Below are positions 21,391 through 43,622 of a stretch of 64,000 bases of DNA, piece after piece. Each line of letters opens with the position of its first letter. The stretch's first letter is position 1. Below the pieces are notes generated by a model. That model had not been told where the DNA came from. It worked only from the letters and a program-made list of their open reading frames with translations, and made no database searches. Made by a program: the position numbers and the translations under genes. The stretch is from Eledone cirrhosa (taxonomy: Eukaryota): contig OZ024752.1 of assembly GCA_964016885.1 (NCBI GenBank), forward strand, positions 25,482,001 through 25,546,000, given 5' to 3'.

Positions 21391-22801
21391 AACTTTGAAT
21401 AACTTTGAAATGTTTTGGCCAGTATTGGCCCAGGCCATGTCTAACTTAATAGCACCACCTGGCGAAGTCTTTCAATTCAGGATTTGGGCACCATGGCCCA
21501 TTCGAGAAGAGAATTACTGTTTGCGGAGACATATCCGGGTGTGGGTGGTTTGTCCGGGATTACTTGGAGGAATTTGTCCAAAGACTTCTTGAATTTTGTG
21601 TGGTCAGTTTCTGTTTTGACGTGTCCTGGTGTGATGTTGAAGAGAGCAGGGCCGATTGAGGTGAAATAATTGTGCCGTATTGTTGTTATGAGTTGCGATT
21701 TAGATTTTTGAATGGGACGGATAGCACGGGGCCCAAGCCTTGGGTGTATCTTGAAGGCGATGCCAACATCATTTGGGCAGTGATGATGAACATTTTCCAC
21801 ATCATGCAGATAATATAACGCTCACGGCGACGTTGGAGTGAGTAAAGTTTCAGGTTTTCCAATCGACCCCAGTAGTCAAGGTCTGACATGCCATCTATCT
21901 TTTTCGTGATTGCCCTTTGAGGAGCTTCAAGTTTCATGATACTTTGTTTCGTGTGGGGAGACCACAGTGGACAACAGTATTCAAGGTGTGGTCGGGCGAA
22001 AGTAGAGAAGAGAAGGATAATGGTGCGGGAATCTCTCGACTGGAAGGTTCTGAGGATCCAGGAACACATTCTGCGGGCCATGTCAACTTTGCTGCTTATA
22101 TGCGTGGTCCAGCTTATGTTGCTGTCCACGGTTACTCCCAAGTCTCTGATGTTGTTAGATGCCACGAGAGTTTCCCCGGAGGGAAGGGAGTACGGGAGTT
22201 TCAGAGCATCCTCTTTTCCAAAGTGGATCAGTTCGAATTTGTCTTCGTTCAGTAACATGTTGTTCTTTTCTGCCCATTGGGTAACAGCAGTAGGTCTGAC
22301 TGAAGGCTTATCCGGTCATCCACGCCATTGATGACCTTTTGGAGCTTGGAATCATCAGCGAAAATTTTAATGTTGCTGTGTTTGATGATGTCAGTGATGT
22401 CATTAATATAGATGATGAAGAGAAGTGGGCCCAACACAGTGCCTTGTGGGACTCCACTACTGACTTTGGCTGGGCTTGATTTGACTCCCTCAACTACAAC
22501 ATGTTGGGTTCTGTTGACAGGAAGCTCTTGATCCACTGCAGCAGCTTTCCAGTGACACCAATATTGGACAGCTTTCTCAGTAGAATGTTATGATCAACCC
22601 TGTCAAAGGCCTTGCTGAAATCAAGGTAGATAACATCAGTGTTGGAACCCTCTCCAAGGCTCTCAAAATGTCATCAAAGTGATGCAGTAGTTGCGTCAGG
22701 CAATCCCTTCCATTACGGAATCCATGCTGGTTGGAGTTCAGCATATTGTTACTCTCAAGGAAGTGGGTCATTCGCGATCTCACCACTCGCTCAAATACCT
22801 T
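21391..22801 (-). mobile_element. 5'-truncated CR1-group LINE (family 1), RT 3' part
   Basis: Near-identical reverse complement of ~32292-33700 with several 1-bp deletions; (TTCAAAGTTA)2 tail. Confidence 0.9.
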
Positions 22802-23152
22802 ATATATATAGATATATGTATATATATATATATATAGATATATGTATATATATATGTATATAGATGTATTTATATATATATATATATGTATATAGATGTA
22901 TTTATATATATATATATATGTATATAGATGTATGTATATGTATATATATATGTATATAGATGTATGTATATATATATATATATGTATATAGATGTATGTA
23001 TATATATATATATATGTATATAGATGTATGTATATATATATATATATGTATATAGATGTATGTATATATATATATATATGTATATAGATGTATGTATATA
23101 TATATATATGTATATATATGTATGTATATATATATATATATGTATATATATG

Positions 23153-23446
<294 letters not shown>

Positions 23447-23471
23447 GTATATATATACATATATATATATG

Positions 23472-23505
<34 letters not shown>

Positions 23506-23506
23506 C

Positions 23507-23537
<31 letters not shown>

Positions 23538-23580
23538 CATATATATACATATATATATACATATATATACATATATATAC

Positions 23581-23619
<39 letters not shown>

Positions 23620-23678
23620 CATATATATACATATACATATATATATATATATATATACATATATATACATATATATAC

Positions 23679-23719
<41 letters not shown>

Positions 23720-23739
23720 CATATATATACATATACATA

Positions 23740-23779
<40 letters not shown>

Positions 23780-23788
23780 CATATATAC

Positions 23789-23905
<117 letters not shown>

Positions 23906-23916
23906 CATATATATAT

Positions 23917-23967
<51 letters not shown>

Positions 23968-24010
23968 CATATATATATACATATATATATATACATATAC
24001 ATATATATAT

Positions 24011-24245
<235 letters not shown>

Positions 24246-24276
24246 CATATACATATATATATATATATACATATAT

Positions 24277-24344
24277 AAATGTAAGTATGCATGCATACGT
24301 ACATACATATATGTATACAGACGTACAGTAGCATGCACATATAC

Positions 24345-24402
<58 letters not shown>

Positions 24403-24530
24403 GTATATGTGCATGCTACTGTACGTCTGTATACATATATGTATGTACGTATGCATGCATACTTACATTTAAGTAAGTGCCATACTAAGAGTGAGAAATG
24501 AAATTTCGTTTTCATTTTGTTTCAATTTAT
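24277..24530. repeat. Diverged foldback fragment of the 442-bp retrozyme-like family (no HHR retained)
   Basis: 24277-24340 is inverted relative to 24407-24472; continues agtaagtgcc..gagtgagaaatgaaatttcg as in the monomer. Confidence 0.75.
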
Positions 24531-24581
24531 ACATATATATATATATACATATACATATATATATATATAATATACATATAC

Positions 24582-24752
<171 letters not shown>

Positions 24753-24767
24753 AATATATATATATAA

Positions 24768-25075
<308 letters not shown>

Positions 25076-25116
25076 GTATATATATATGTATATATATATG
25101 TATATATATATATATT

Positions 25117-25327
<211 letters not shown>

Positions 25328-25342
25328 GTATATATATATATG

Positions 25343-25485
<143 letters not shown>

Positions 25486-25486
25486 T

Positions 25487-25517
<31 letters not shown>

Positions 25518-25518
25518 T

Positions 25519-25583
<65 letters not shown>

Positions 25584-25584
25584 G

Positions 25585-25632
<48 letters not shown>

Positions 25633-25699
25633 CCTTTTTTTTAGTTTCCTTTTTTTTTTTCTTTTTAATGACTATGCTGTAAAATGGAGGGGTAGAGAG

Positions 25700-29186
<3,487 letters not shown>

Positions 29187-29191
29187 TATAT

Positions 29192-29249
<58 letters not shown>

Positions 29250-29745
29250 GTATTTATATATTCATTTAGCTTGGGTTTGAATTTATCAATAAAATTCTTT
29301 TCTTTGATTTTTCTCTTGATTTCACTTGGGCTGTGTAATTTGTAGAATGGGAAAGCTAAATGAACAATAATAACGCCTAGGGGTATTACTTCTACTACCA
29401 CTATGACCACGACCACTACCAACAACAACAACAACAATAATAATAATAATAAAAGTGATGTTGATGGTGATGATTAATAGAAAATGCTATTTTCATCATT
29501 TCAAAAAAGCAAAACAATTGATACGTTGGATATGACTATTGGTCGTTAGCATGCTCAACCAGCCGTGACGCTTAAACCAATCAGCTGTAGTAATTCAGTG
29601 AAACTACACACTGATTGGTCGAAATACAGTTTACAGGGCTTTGCATTCTGGAGCCACTTTTCTCTGTATAAAATGTATAAAAGGTAGGAAATTTACCCAT
29701 CTCATTACAGTTGAAAATTGCAAACTCGACTGTCACCACATATCA

Positions 29746-29784
29746 TGAACCTGAAGATTGCGAAAGCATGAAAGTACTTGTTCA
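29746..29784 (+). ncRNA. Minimal type I hammerhead ribozyme in the non-coding island 29260-29935
   Basis: tgaac-CTGAAGA-t tgc gaaa gca t-GAAA-gtac-TT-gttca; GNRA loop II, palindromic helix III. Confidence 0.8.
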
Positions 29785-29977
29785 ATTAACACTTAGAATT
29801 TAATATTCTATCATACTATTTCATTATAATACCATTATATATATTTTAAAGGATTGTAAATAAAACGAGTAAATCAGACAAAGTTGGAATTCCTCTTATT
29901 AATATAATCTTCTATACACAATCATACACACCCGTGTATATTTACCTATCTATATCTATATATATATATATATATAG

Positions 29978-30048
<71 letters not shown>

Positions 30049-30105
30049 CATATATATATACACATATATACATATATATACATATATATATATACATATA
30101 TATAC

Positions 30106-30136
<31 letters not shown>

Positions 30137-30147
30137 CATATATATAC

Positions 30148-30196
<49 letters not shown>

Positions 30197-30197
30197 C

Positions 30198-30498
<301 letters not shown>

Positions 30499-30509
30499 AA
30501 TATATATAC

Positions 30510-30616
<107 letters not shown>

Positions 30617-30665
30617 CATATATATACATATATATATACATATATATACATATATATATATATAC

Positions 30666-30752
<87 letters not shown>

Positions 30753-30791
30753 CATATATATACATATATATATATATATACATATATATAC

Positions 30792-30830
<39 letters not shown>

Positions 30831-30875
30831 CATATATATACATATATATATATATATATACATACATATATATAC

Positions 30876-30914
<39 letters not shown>

Positions 30915-30915
30915 C

Positions 30916-31004
<89 letters not shown>

Positions 31005-31071
31005 TATACATATATATATATACATATATATACATATATACATATATATATATATACATATATATACATAT

Positions 31072-31350
31072 AGTTGTTGGTGTTGACACGCCTTCAGGAC
31101 ACAAGCAGGGAACCTATCGGGACCTACTGCTGAATTATGCTTGATTTCCTTTATTGCCGCCAAGACATCAGGGGCGCCAAACGTTATGTCCGATAAGGTG
31201 TAATGGGGAGTAACATCGCCGATACAGCCCAGATCGGCCATATCAGGATTGCTGAAAACAGAGCAGTATTGTTTCTGCAGTATCTCACCCATGGTTTTAG
31301 CATTGTCTTGAAGAGTGCCATTTTCATCAATTAGAGGGCCAACAGGGCCA

Positions 31351-31351
<1 letters not shown>
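31072..31351 (-). mobile_element. Inverted duplicate of the first ~280 bp of the CR1-group copy at 31862
   Basis: Reverse complement of ~31863-32140 with the same 5' breakpoint (attggccctgttggccct). Confidence 0.9.
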
Positions 31352-31406
<55 letters not shown>

Positions 31407-31439
31407 ATACATATACATATATATATATATATATATATC

Positions 31440-31551
<112 letters not shown>

Positions 31552-31562
31552 CATATATATAC

Positions 31563-31609
<47 letters not shown>

Positions 31610-31610
31610 C

Positions 31611-31653
<43 letters not shown>

Positions 31654-31746
31654 TATACATATATATATATATACATATATATACATATATATATATATAC
31701 ATATATATACATATATATATATATACATATATATACATATATATAC

Positions 31747-33700
<1,954 letters not shown>

Positions 33701-33709
33701 TATATATAC

Positions 33710-33740
<31 letters not shown>

Positions 33741-33880
33741 CATATATATACATATATATATATATATACATACATATATATACATATATATATATATATA
33801 CATATATCTATATATATACATATATATATATATATACATATATCTATATATATACATATATATATATATATACATATATC

Positions 33881-33934
<54 letters not shown>

Positions 33935-33935
33935 G

Positions 33936-35240
33936 GTACTGAGACAACTACTAGACAGCTCACATGTAGACGTGATATATCTTGACTTTGCGAAGGCCTT
34001 TGACAAGGTCGACCACGGAATGATATGTCACAAACTACACGGACTCGGCATAACTGGAAAAGTAGGTGAGTGGCTGCATGGCTTCCTAAGGGACAGAAGC
34101 CAGGCAGTCGCAGCAAATGGGGCCCTCTCGAGGGAAACACCGATAACAAGTGGGGTGCCCCAGGGGACAGTCCTGGGACCACTACTGTTTTTGGTGGCTC
34201 TCTCGGACATGCCCTCTGTGGTGCATGCAACAACATCCCTCACTAGCTATGCTGATGACACTAAGGTAGCACAGGCAATCAAAAACCCGGCTGACGCTGC
34301 CCTCTTACAGCAGGATCTGGATGCCATATACAGATGGGCGGAAGAAAACAACATGCAGTTTAATGCTGGCAAATTCCAAGCCCTACAATACAAACCTGCA
34401 AACACAAACACAAATATAGCGGAACACAGCTACACAGGACCAGGAGGGACCGATATCCCCGTGTCAAAATCGATACGAGACCTGGGCATAGACATGAGCG
34501 ATGATGCATCTTTTTCTTCACACATCATGAAGGTGGCGACAGCATGTAGACGATTCGCTGGCTGGATCTTGAGGACTTTCCTTACGAGAGATCGAGACAC
34601 CATGTTGACACTGTGGAGGACTTTTGTCCTAAGCCGCCTGGACTACTGCTCCCAGCTGTGGTCACCCCATAGTGTCAAACTAACCACAGAGCTTGAGGCA
34701 ATCCAGCGAAGCTACACCAAGAGGATTGCCAAGATGAGGGAGACAAGCTACTGGGAGAGGCTGAAGGAACTGAACCTCTACTCCTTGGAGCGAAGACGGG
34801 AGAGATACGCAGTGATCTACATGTGGAAAATCCTGGAGGGACTAGCACCAAACTTTGGCATTGGGAGCTGCACCAACCGTCGAACAGGACGTCACTGTGT
34901 GGTGCCAAAGGTCCCGTCTTCCACATCTAGAATAAGGAGCAGGTATTGCAATAGCCTGGGATTCAAGGGCCCTCAACTCTTCAACAGGCTGCCGAGGCAT
35001 CTGCGAGACTTGCATGATGTGGAGGTGGATGTCTTTAAGAAACATCTCGACACCTTGTTATCCAGGATCCCGGATGAGCCCACAGCAAGACACGAGGGAA
35101 ACCTAAGGGCAGCAGCAACAAACTCCCTCCTACACCAGTGGCCAACCTATACAGGCTGGAGATAAAATGTGTAGCAACAAGGGCGGTGCCCCAGCATGGC
35201 CTCAGCCGGATGGCTGAAACAGGTAAAAGAGTAAAAGAGT
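33936..35240 (+). mobile_element. 5'-truncated CR1-group LINE (family 2), open RT frame to 35165
   Basis: [33 protein letters not shown]; 3' end ggcggtgccccagcatggcc..gctgaaac + (GTAAAAGA)2. Confidence 0.92.
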
Positions 35241-35248
35241 ATATATAC

Positions 35249-35279
<31 letters not shown>

Positions 35280-35286
35280 CATATAC

Positions 35287-35405
<119 letters not shown>

Positions 35406-35496
35406 CATATATATATATATACATATATATATATACATACATATATATATATACATATATATATATACATATATATATATACATATATATATATAC

Positions 35497-35549
<53 letters not shown>

Positions 35550-35554
35550 TATAC

Positions 35555-35585
<31 letters not shown>

Positions 35586-35589
35586 CATA

Positions 35590-36090
35590 TATTATGTAAA
35601 TATTATGCTCCCTGCCTAACGCATGCGGTCAAGCCGTTAAAGTGACACACACGCAAATCAGGTCGCTGATAAAAGCTGGATAAACAACTTGAATATTTCT
35701 ACAAGTACATTGTACCTGTTGAAGTATCCATCCACTTCTATAATTTATTCTCCTTACGTAGAGAACAAAACGTTGAATAATGCTGCTAATTTTAGTGGCA
35801 ATTCGACATGTTTATAATATCCAGCTTTTATCAGCGACCTGATTTGCGTGTGTGTCACTTTAACGGCTTGACCGCATGCGTTGGGCAGGGAGCATAATAT
35901 TTACTTGCTATACCTTATAGCGTGGAAATAGGGCTGTCTGAAGATTCATTTCTTTCCATTGGAAATTCGTTGGATTTCCAATCTTTCGGAATGATGAAAC
36001 CGTCGGTAACAGCATCTGAGCAGGTGATTATTTAATCATTTTTTAATTTATTTAGAAAATTGTTTAATAACCGTTTGTTTCGCTACTTTT
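35590..36090 (+). mobile_element. Non-coding element with 5' inverted repeat (~35596-35682 / 35818-35904) and HHR
   Basis: ~87-bp inverted arms; (TA)n on both sides. Confidence 0.7.
35933..36013 (+). ncRNA. Type I hammerhead ribozyme, extended helix II
   Basis: gctgt-CTGAAGA-t tcatt..attggaaat/atttccaat..aatga t-GAAA-ccgtcgg-TA-acagc. Confidence 0.8.
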
Positions 36091-36095
36091 ATACA

Positions 36096-36223
<128 letters not shown>

Positions 36224-36331
36224 CATATATATATACATATATACATATATATATACATATATACATATATATATATATACATATATACATATTATATACA
36301 TATATATATATACATATATATATATACGTAC

Positions 36332-36434
<103 letters not shown>

Positions 36435-36449
36435 CATATATATATATAC

Positions 36450-36480
<31 letters not shown>

Positions 36481-36481
36481 C

Positions 36482-37199
<718 letters not shown>

Positions 37200-37204
37200 A
37201 TATA

Positions 37205-37428
37205 CAACGAAGGAAATGTGGTAAGGAACCAGGTGGACCATAACGCACCAAAGTACTCAATACTTGAGGTAGTAGAGTGGGTAATAGGAACCAGTAAGAC
37301 CCCGACAGCTGAGCTCAAGCCGTTTCGACGGCTAATTCTGGACTAAATTGAGGATAAATTTTCATTTAGTCCAGAATTAGCCGTCGAAACGGCTTGAGCT
37401 CAGCTGTCGGGGTCTTACTGGTTCCTAT
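37205..37428. mobile_element. Small foldback (arms 37284-37348 / 37364-37428) containing only the 3' half of an HHR
   Basis: GAAA-cggct tgagctc agctg-TC-gggg in both arms; CTGANGA half absent at the fold point. Confidence 0.55.
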
Positions 37429-37632
37429 ATATATATACATATATATATATACATATATATATATACATATATATACATATATATATATATACACATATAT
37501 ATATATACACATATATATACATATATATATATATATACATATATATACATATATATATATATACACATATATATACATATATATATATATATACATATAT
37601 ATACATATATATATATATACACATATATATAC

Positions 37633-37697
<65 letters not shown>

Positions 37698-37710
37698 CAC
37701 ATATATATAC

Positions 37711-37761
<51 letters not shown>

Positions 37762-37836
37762 CACATATATATATATATATACATATATATACATATATAT
37801 ACATATACATATATATACATATACATATACATATAT

Positions 37837-37867
<31 letters not shown>

Positions 37868-37877
37868 TACATATATA

Positions 37878-40800
37878 TCATCATCATCATCGTTTAACGT
37901 CCATGTTCCAATCTTGCATGGGTTTGGACGGGAGTTTTCGCACTTGAGGCAAGAGTGCTTGTCTTGCGGGTTTTCTACAGCTGGATGCCCTTCCTAACAC
38001 CAACCATATTTACAGTGTGGGGCTGGGAGGTTTTTACCGTGTTGCCTACACGGCCACATTACAGCGTGGACTGTGTGTTTTTTTGTTGTGACACCTACAC
38101 GATCTCATTTGTTTCGGCCTGGTTGTTGTGGCACCAACATAAGTTTACATTGAAAGGGGCAGTGTGGATGTGGTGGGGGTGGTGGGACGGGGGTGTATTT
38201 TGTTAGAGATGCCTACTGACTGTAGTAGGTTTTACTTTGTAAGGCGGGTCTTCTCTATTACTGAGTTCCGCCAAAGATCTCGGTCCAGTGACATTGTCTT
38301 CGAAAGGTGTAAGTGTGTGAGGTCGGAATTTATCAGGTCGTCCCAGGTTTTTCTGGGTCTGCCTACTCCGTGGCTACCGTCTATTTTTATCGCCCTGCAC
38401 TTTTTTATACAGCTGTCGTCTTTCATGCGCATCACGTGACCATACCAACGTAGCCTTCTCTCGAGTAAACAACATCTGATTCCTCTTATTTCTAATTTTG
38501 CCCTTAGTTCGTTTATGCTTTGCCGTTCACGTATATTACTATTGCACATCCAGCGGAGCATGCAAGCTTCGTTCCTCTCTAGTCTGCGTATATCCTCTGC
38601 ACACAATGCCCAGGTCTCACTGCCATGCAGCATTGCTGTTCGTATGCAGGCATCATACAACGTGCCTTTCATTTTTAGGGAGAACCCTTTAGCGGCTAAT
38701 AGTGGTATAAGCTCTCTGAACTTTTTCCATCCAGTTCTGACTCTAGCTACTGTACTTTCAGAGCACCCTCCCCCACTGCTGATTTTGTCACCCAGGTAAC
38801 GGAAGCTGTCCACTATTTCTATAGAACCCTCTGCGCAATTGAAAGAGCTAGTATTTAGTGGGCACTTGCTGCTACTTATTGCACCAGAGCACCGGCCACA
38901 TCTAAAATCTATGTTCTTAGTTAGCTTACCTGTGATTCCACTACATCTTATATGCACCCATACTTTGCAATAGGGACATAAAATGGAGTTTCTAGCTACG
39001 CCTTTCCTACACACTGAGCATGGCCATTTCCCAGATGGGACTGCCGCCATATTTTCTTTCCTACAAACTAGAACTTTAGTCTTAGCCAGGTTAATTTTAA
39101 GGCCTTTTGATTCTAGGCCGTGCTTCCATGTTTGGAATTTCTTCTCTAGTTCGGTCATTGATTCAGCTATGAGCGTTAGATCATCTGCGTATAGGAGTTC
39201 CCATGGGCAGCCGGTCTTGAACTCCTCTGTTATAGCCTGAAGGGCAATAATAAATAGTAGGGGGCTAAGAACAGAGCCCTGATGGACACCAACTTTTACG
39301 CTAAACTCTTCACTATATTCGTTGTTAATTCTAACCTTACTGACTGTTTCTTTATACATGGCTTGTATAGCTCTCACAAGCCATTCGTCAACACCTAGTT
39401 TTCTAAGAGACCACCAGATAATGGAACGGGGGACTCTGTCGAAGGCTTTCTCCAAGTCGACGAAAGCTAAGTATAGGGGTTTACTTTTAGCTAGCTACTT
39501 CTCCTGTAGTTGTCGTACAATGAAAAGAGCGTCTGTGGTACTTTTGCCTGACACAAATCCGAACTGCATTTCATCTAGATCAATTCTCTCTCTGATTAGT
39601 TGCGCTATTACTTTTTCCGTGACCTTCATGACCTGGTCGATTAATTTAATGCCTCTATAGTTACTCCTATCTAGGGCATCTCCTTTTCCCTTATAGCAGT
39701 TAACGATGATGCTGCTACGCCAGTCCTTCGGAACAACCCCATTCTGTACGACTTGGTTAACTATCCGGGTGACCATGGTGTGTCCCACCGAACCAGATGC
39801 CTTCAGCATCTCAGCAACTATTTCCGAAGGACCAGCCGCCTTACCCGTCTTCATATCTTTGATTGCCTTGCTTATTGTACTACCCTGGACTAACACTGCT
39901 GGTCCCTCTATTGGGTCGATGTGGGGGAGACTGTCTTTCTCCCATTTATTCTCCTCATTTAGAAGCCTTTCGTAGTGACACTTCCAAGCTACCTTCTTAT
40001 CAGCGTCGGTGATGGCAAGTATGCCATCATCGTTAAGCACACACTTCTCCCCGACAATATCACGGTTTTCCTTGACACATTGCCTGGCAATCCTGAACAC
40101 CTCACGTTTTTGGTCCTCACGTTGTAGAACATGCTTGAACTTTCTTTCCTCTGCTTCCCTTCTTGCGAAGTACACTTGTCTCCTAGCTTCCCTCCTGGCC
40201 ACCTGATAGTCTTCTCTACTTCCCCCATCCCGCCATGCTTTCCAAGCCTGCTTTTTGGCCTTAATTGACTCCTCCACCTTACTGTTCCACCACCATGTTA
40301 CTCTCCTCCTACCTACAGGCCTGCTCCAGCCACAGACTTCGTCTGCCGCCGTCAGCAGGTTTGCTCTCAGGAATTCCCACTGTTCCTCTATATTATACGA
40401 CTCTAATTGCTCTTCCTTACTGTCGAAAGCGTCAAGTAATATGCTTTGAAATTTATTTCTGGCTCTGGGGTCCTTTAGCTTCCATATTTTTCTCCTGAGG
40501 ATAGTCCTCTTCCGCTGTCTAGTACGTCTCGTCCTGACTATGAGGTCGCTAATTATCAGTCTATGTTGGGAGGTGAATTCTTCATGGGGGAGGGATTTAG
40601 TGTTAACAACAGACACTCTGTCACGTCTTCTGGTAAGGATATAATCTACCTGGCTTGTGTGTTCCCCCGATCTATAGGTGATCAAGTGATTGTCTCGTTT
40701 TTTGAAGTTAGTGTTACAGATAGTTAAGTTATTTGCGTCGCAGAATTCCAGGATTCTGGAGCCTTCCTCATTTCTAGTACCGAACCCATAGCCTCCATGG

Positions 40801-42437
40801 ATTCCGTCATAGCCGTCACAATGCTGTCCAACGTGACCATTTAGGTCGCCTGCAATAACTATATAGTCACTGTCGGTTAATTGGGAGGTAGCGAGCATCA
40901 GTGTCTCGTAGAATCTGTCTTTTATAGCACCGGGCAGTCCGGATTGTGGTGCGTACGCAGATATTACTGTCACCGTAGTTTTATTGAGGACAAGTCTTAT
41001 TTTAATTATTCTGTCGTTCACTCTATTTACGTCTATTATCTTATCTGCCCACTTTTCTGCTACCATGATTCCTACCCCACCCAACCCATTCTCATTTCCC
41101 ACCCAGAAAAGCTTATAGCATCGTTCTTTACCCACGATGAATCTAGCCGACCCTCCCCTCCACCTGGTCTCTTGAATACAATAAACATCTACCTCCTTAC
41201 GTTCAAGCATTTCTACAACCTCGTTAGAGCGACCCTTTAAGGTGCCTACATTCATGGTACCAACTCTGAAGTTTTGGATTGCGTTTGGAGGGTGGGAGCG
41301 GTGGGGCGCGGGGGGGGGGGATGGGGTTATGTTAGCCATCCTGGGCCGAAACAAGGCGGAGTGCTTGCATTCTCGTCCACGAGGTGAATTTGTCTTTATC
41401 TTTGGCATTGTCGCTGAGCGTCCACATTTTTCTCTCTTCAACTCTCCAGAATTCCGTAGTCCATCCATCATATCGAAAAGCAACCAGTTAGGCGATAGTA
41501 TGGGCCTCTGACTTATGATTGGTCCACGTAATAATGGTGGTGCGTGGGGGCGGGTGGGAGGGATGATGTGTTGTTAGCGAGAATGTAAGGTTTAAGATAA
41601 GATCGCCGTATTTTGGGCATAATTTAACAATAAACAAAAATACAAGATTTGTTTTGTTTAAGAAAATACGATAGAGAAAATGCGGTGATAGGGAAAATAT
41701 GATTTTTAGAGAAAAAATATGATATAGAATGGTGAAAATATGATATAGTGTGAAATTAGGACATAGAATAGTGATTGAATGAATGGATTCGAATGGAGAG
41801 AAGAATCGAGAAAAAATATGATATAGAATGGTGAAAATATGATATAGTGTGAAATTAGGACAAAGAATAGTGATTGAATGAATGGATTCGAATGGAGAGA
41901 AGAATCGAGAAAAATATTTGAACGTTACTTTATACCGCAAGAACAGCCATCCCAGAAATAGCGAGTTGGCGATTGTGATTAATTTTGGTAGGGATTTATC
42001 TTATATGTATAGAGAGGGATGGGGGGGGGGGGGGGGGGGGGGGCAGGAACCAGCATGATGTATGGGTAGGGGGTAGAAGATGGGATGGAGCAGAGGTTAA
42101 GAGTTTAAATAGGTACTAAAAGTTTTGCGTAGAACTTAGCAAGTTTAACAAAATATATTTAAAGGAATATATAATAGTGATTTGTTTTTGTTATGAAAAT
42201 ACGACAGAATATGAAAATATGACAGAATTAAGCGAGAATGTAAGGTTTAAGATAAGATCGCCGTATTTTGGGCATAATTTAACAATAAACGAAAATACAA
42301 GATTTGTTTTGTTTAAGAAAATACGATAGAGAAAATGCGGTGATAGGGAAAATATGATTTTTAGAGAAAAAATATAATATAGAATGTTGAAAATATGATA
42401 TAGTGTGAAATTAGGACATAGAATAGTGATTGAATGA
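37878..42437 (-). mobile_element. Apparently full-length RTE LINE (family B); ORF 41483-38232 interrupted by one in-frame TAG at 39495-39497
   Basis: APE+RT+PHD-like motifs; both ORF pieces are in the same frame; the sister copy has TAC at this codon; ~350-bp 3' UTR, GGACGTTAAAC(GAT)n tail; putative repetitive 5' UTR 41500-42437 (5' boundary uncertain). Confidence 0.93.
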
Positions 42438-42719
42438 ATATATATATACATAAATATATATATATACATATATATACATAAATATATATATATATACATA
42501 AATATATATACATAAATATATATATATATATACATAAATATATATATATATATACATAAATATATATATAAATACATAAATATATATATATATATATATA
42601 TACATAAATATATATATATAAATAAATATATATGTATACATAAATATATATATATAAATATACATAAATATATATGATATGAAGGCTAAAAACCATCTTT
42701 TGATCTTATACATAAATAT

Positions 42720-43048
42720 CGACCTCCCATGGGTACATGCTGAAGCATATAAACAATATGCCCCCACTCCCCCCACCGCAAGGTGGTCGTGGAGGTGCCA
42801 CAGCAAAAAAAAGCACCCAGCCCACACTGTAAAGTGGACGTGTAGGCGCCACGAAAAAGCACCCAGCACTCACTGTAAATGAGGTTGGTGTTAGGAAGGG
42901 CATCCAGCTGTAGAAATCAAGCCAGATCAGTTCCTGTATGAGCAAGGCATGGTCAGCCGACCAGACACTGCCCACAACAGGACAACCTGTCTAACCCATG
43001 CTAGCTTGGAAGAACGGACGTAAAACGGTGATGATGATGATCATGATG
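42720..43048 (+). mobile_element. RTE 3' end (family C)
   Basis: Near-identical to 52527-52848; CGGACGTAAAACGG(TGA)n tail. Confidence 0.85.
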
Positions 43049-43079
<31 letters not shown>

Positions 43080-43278
43080 AATATATATATATGTATATAT
43101 ATATATATACATAAATATATATATGTATATATTATATACATACATAAATATATATATGTATATATATATATACATATATATATCTATATATACATATATA
43201 TATATATGTATATATACATAAATATACATAAATATATATATATAAATAAATATATATATATATAAATAAATATACATA

Positions 43279-43316
<38 letters not shown>

Positions 43317-43417
43317 CATAAATATATATATATAAATATATATACATAAATATATATATATATAAATATATATATCTATATATATATATACATAAATATA
43401 TATATATATATACATAA

Positions 43418-43452
<35 letters not shown>

Positions 43453-43457
43453 CATAA

Positions 43458-43492
<35 letters not shown>

Positions 43493-43622
43493 CATAAATA
43501 TATATATATATATATACATAAATATATATATATATATACATAAATATATATATATATATACATAAATATATATATATATATACATAAATATATATATATA
43601 TACATAAATATATATATATATA

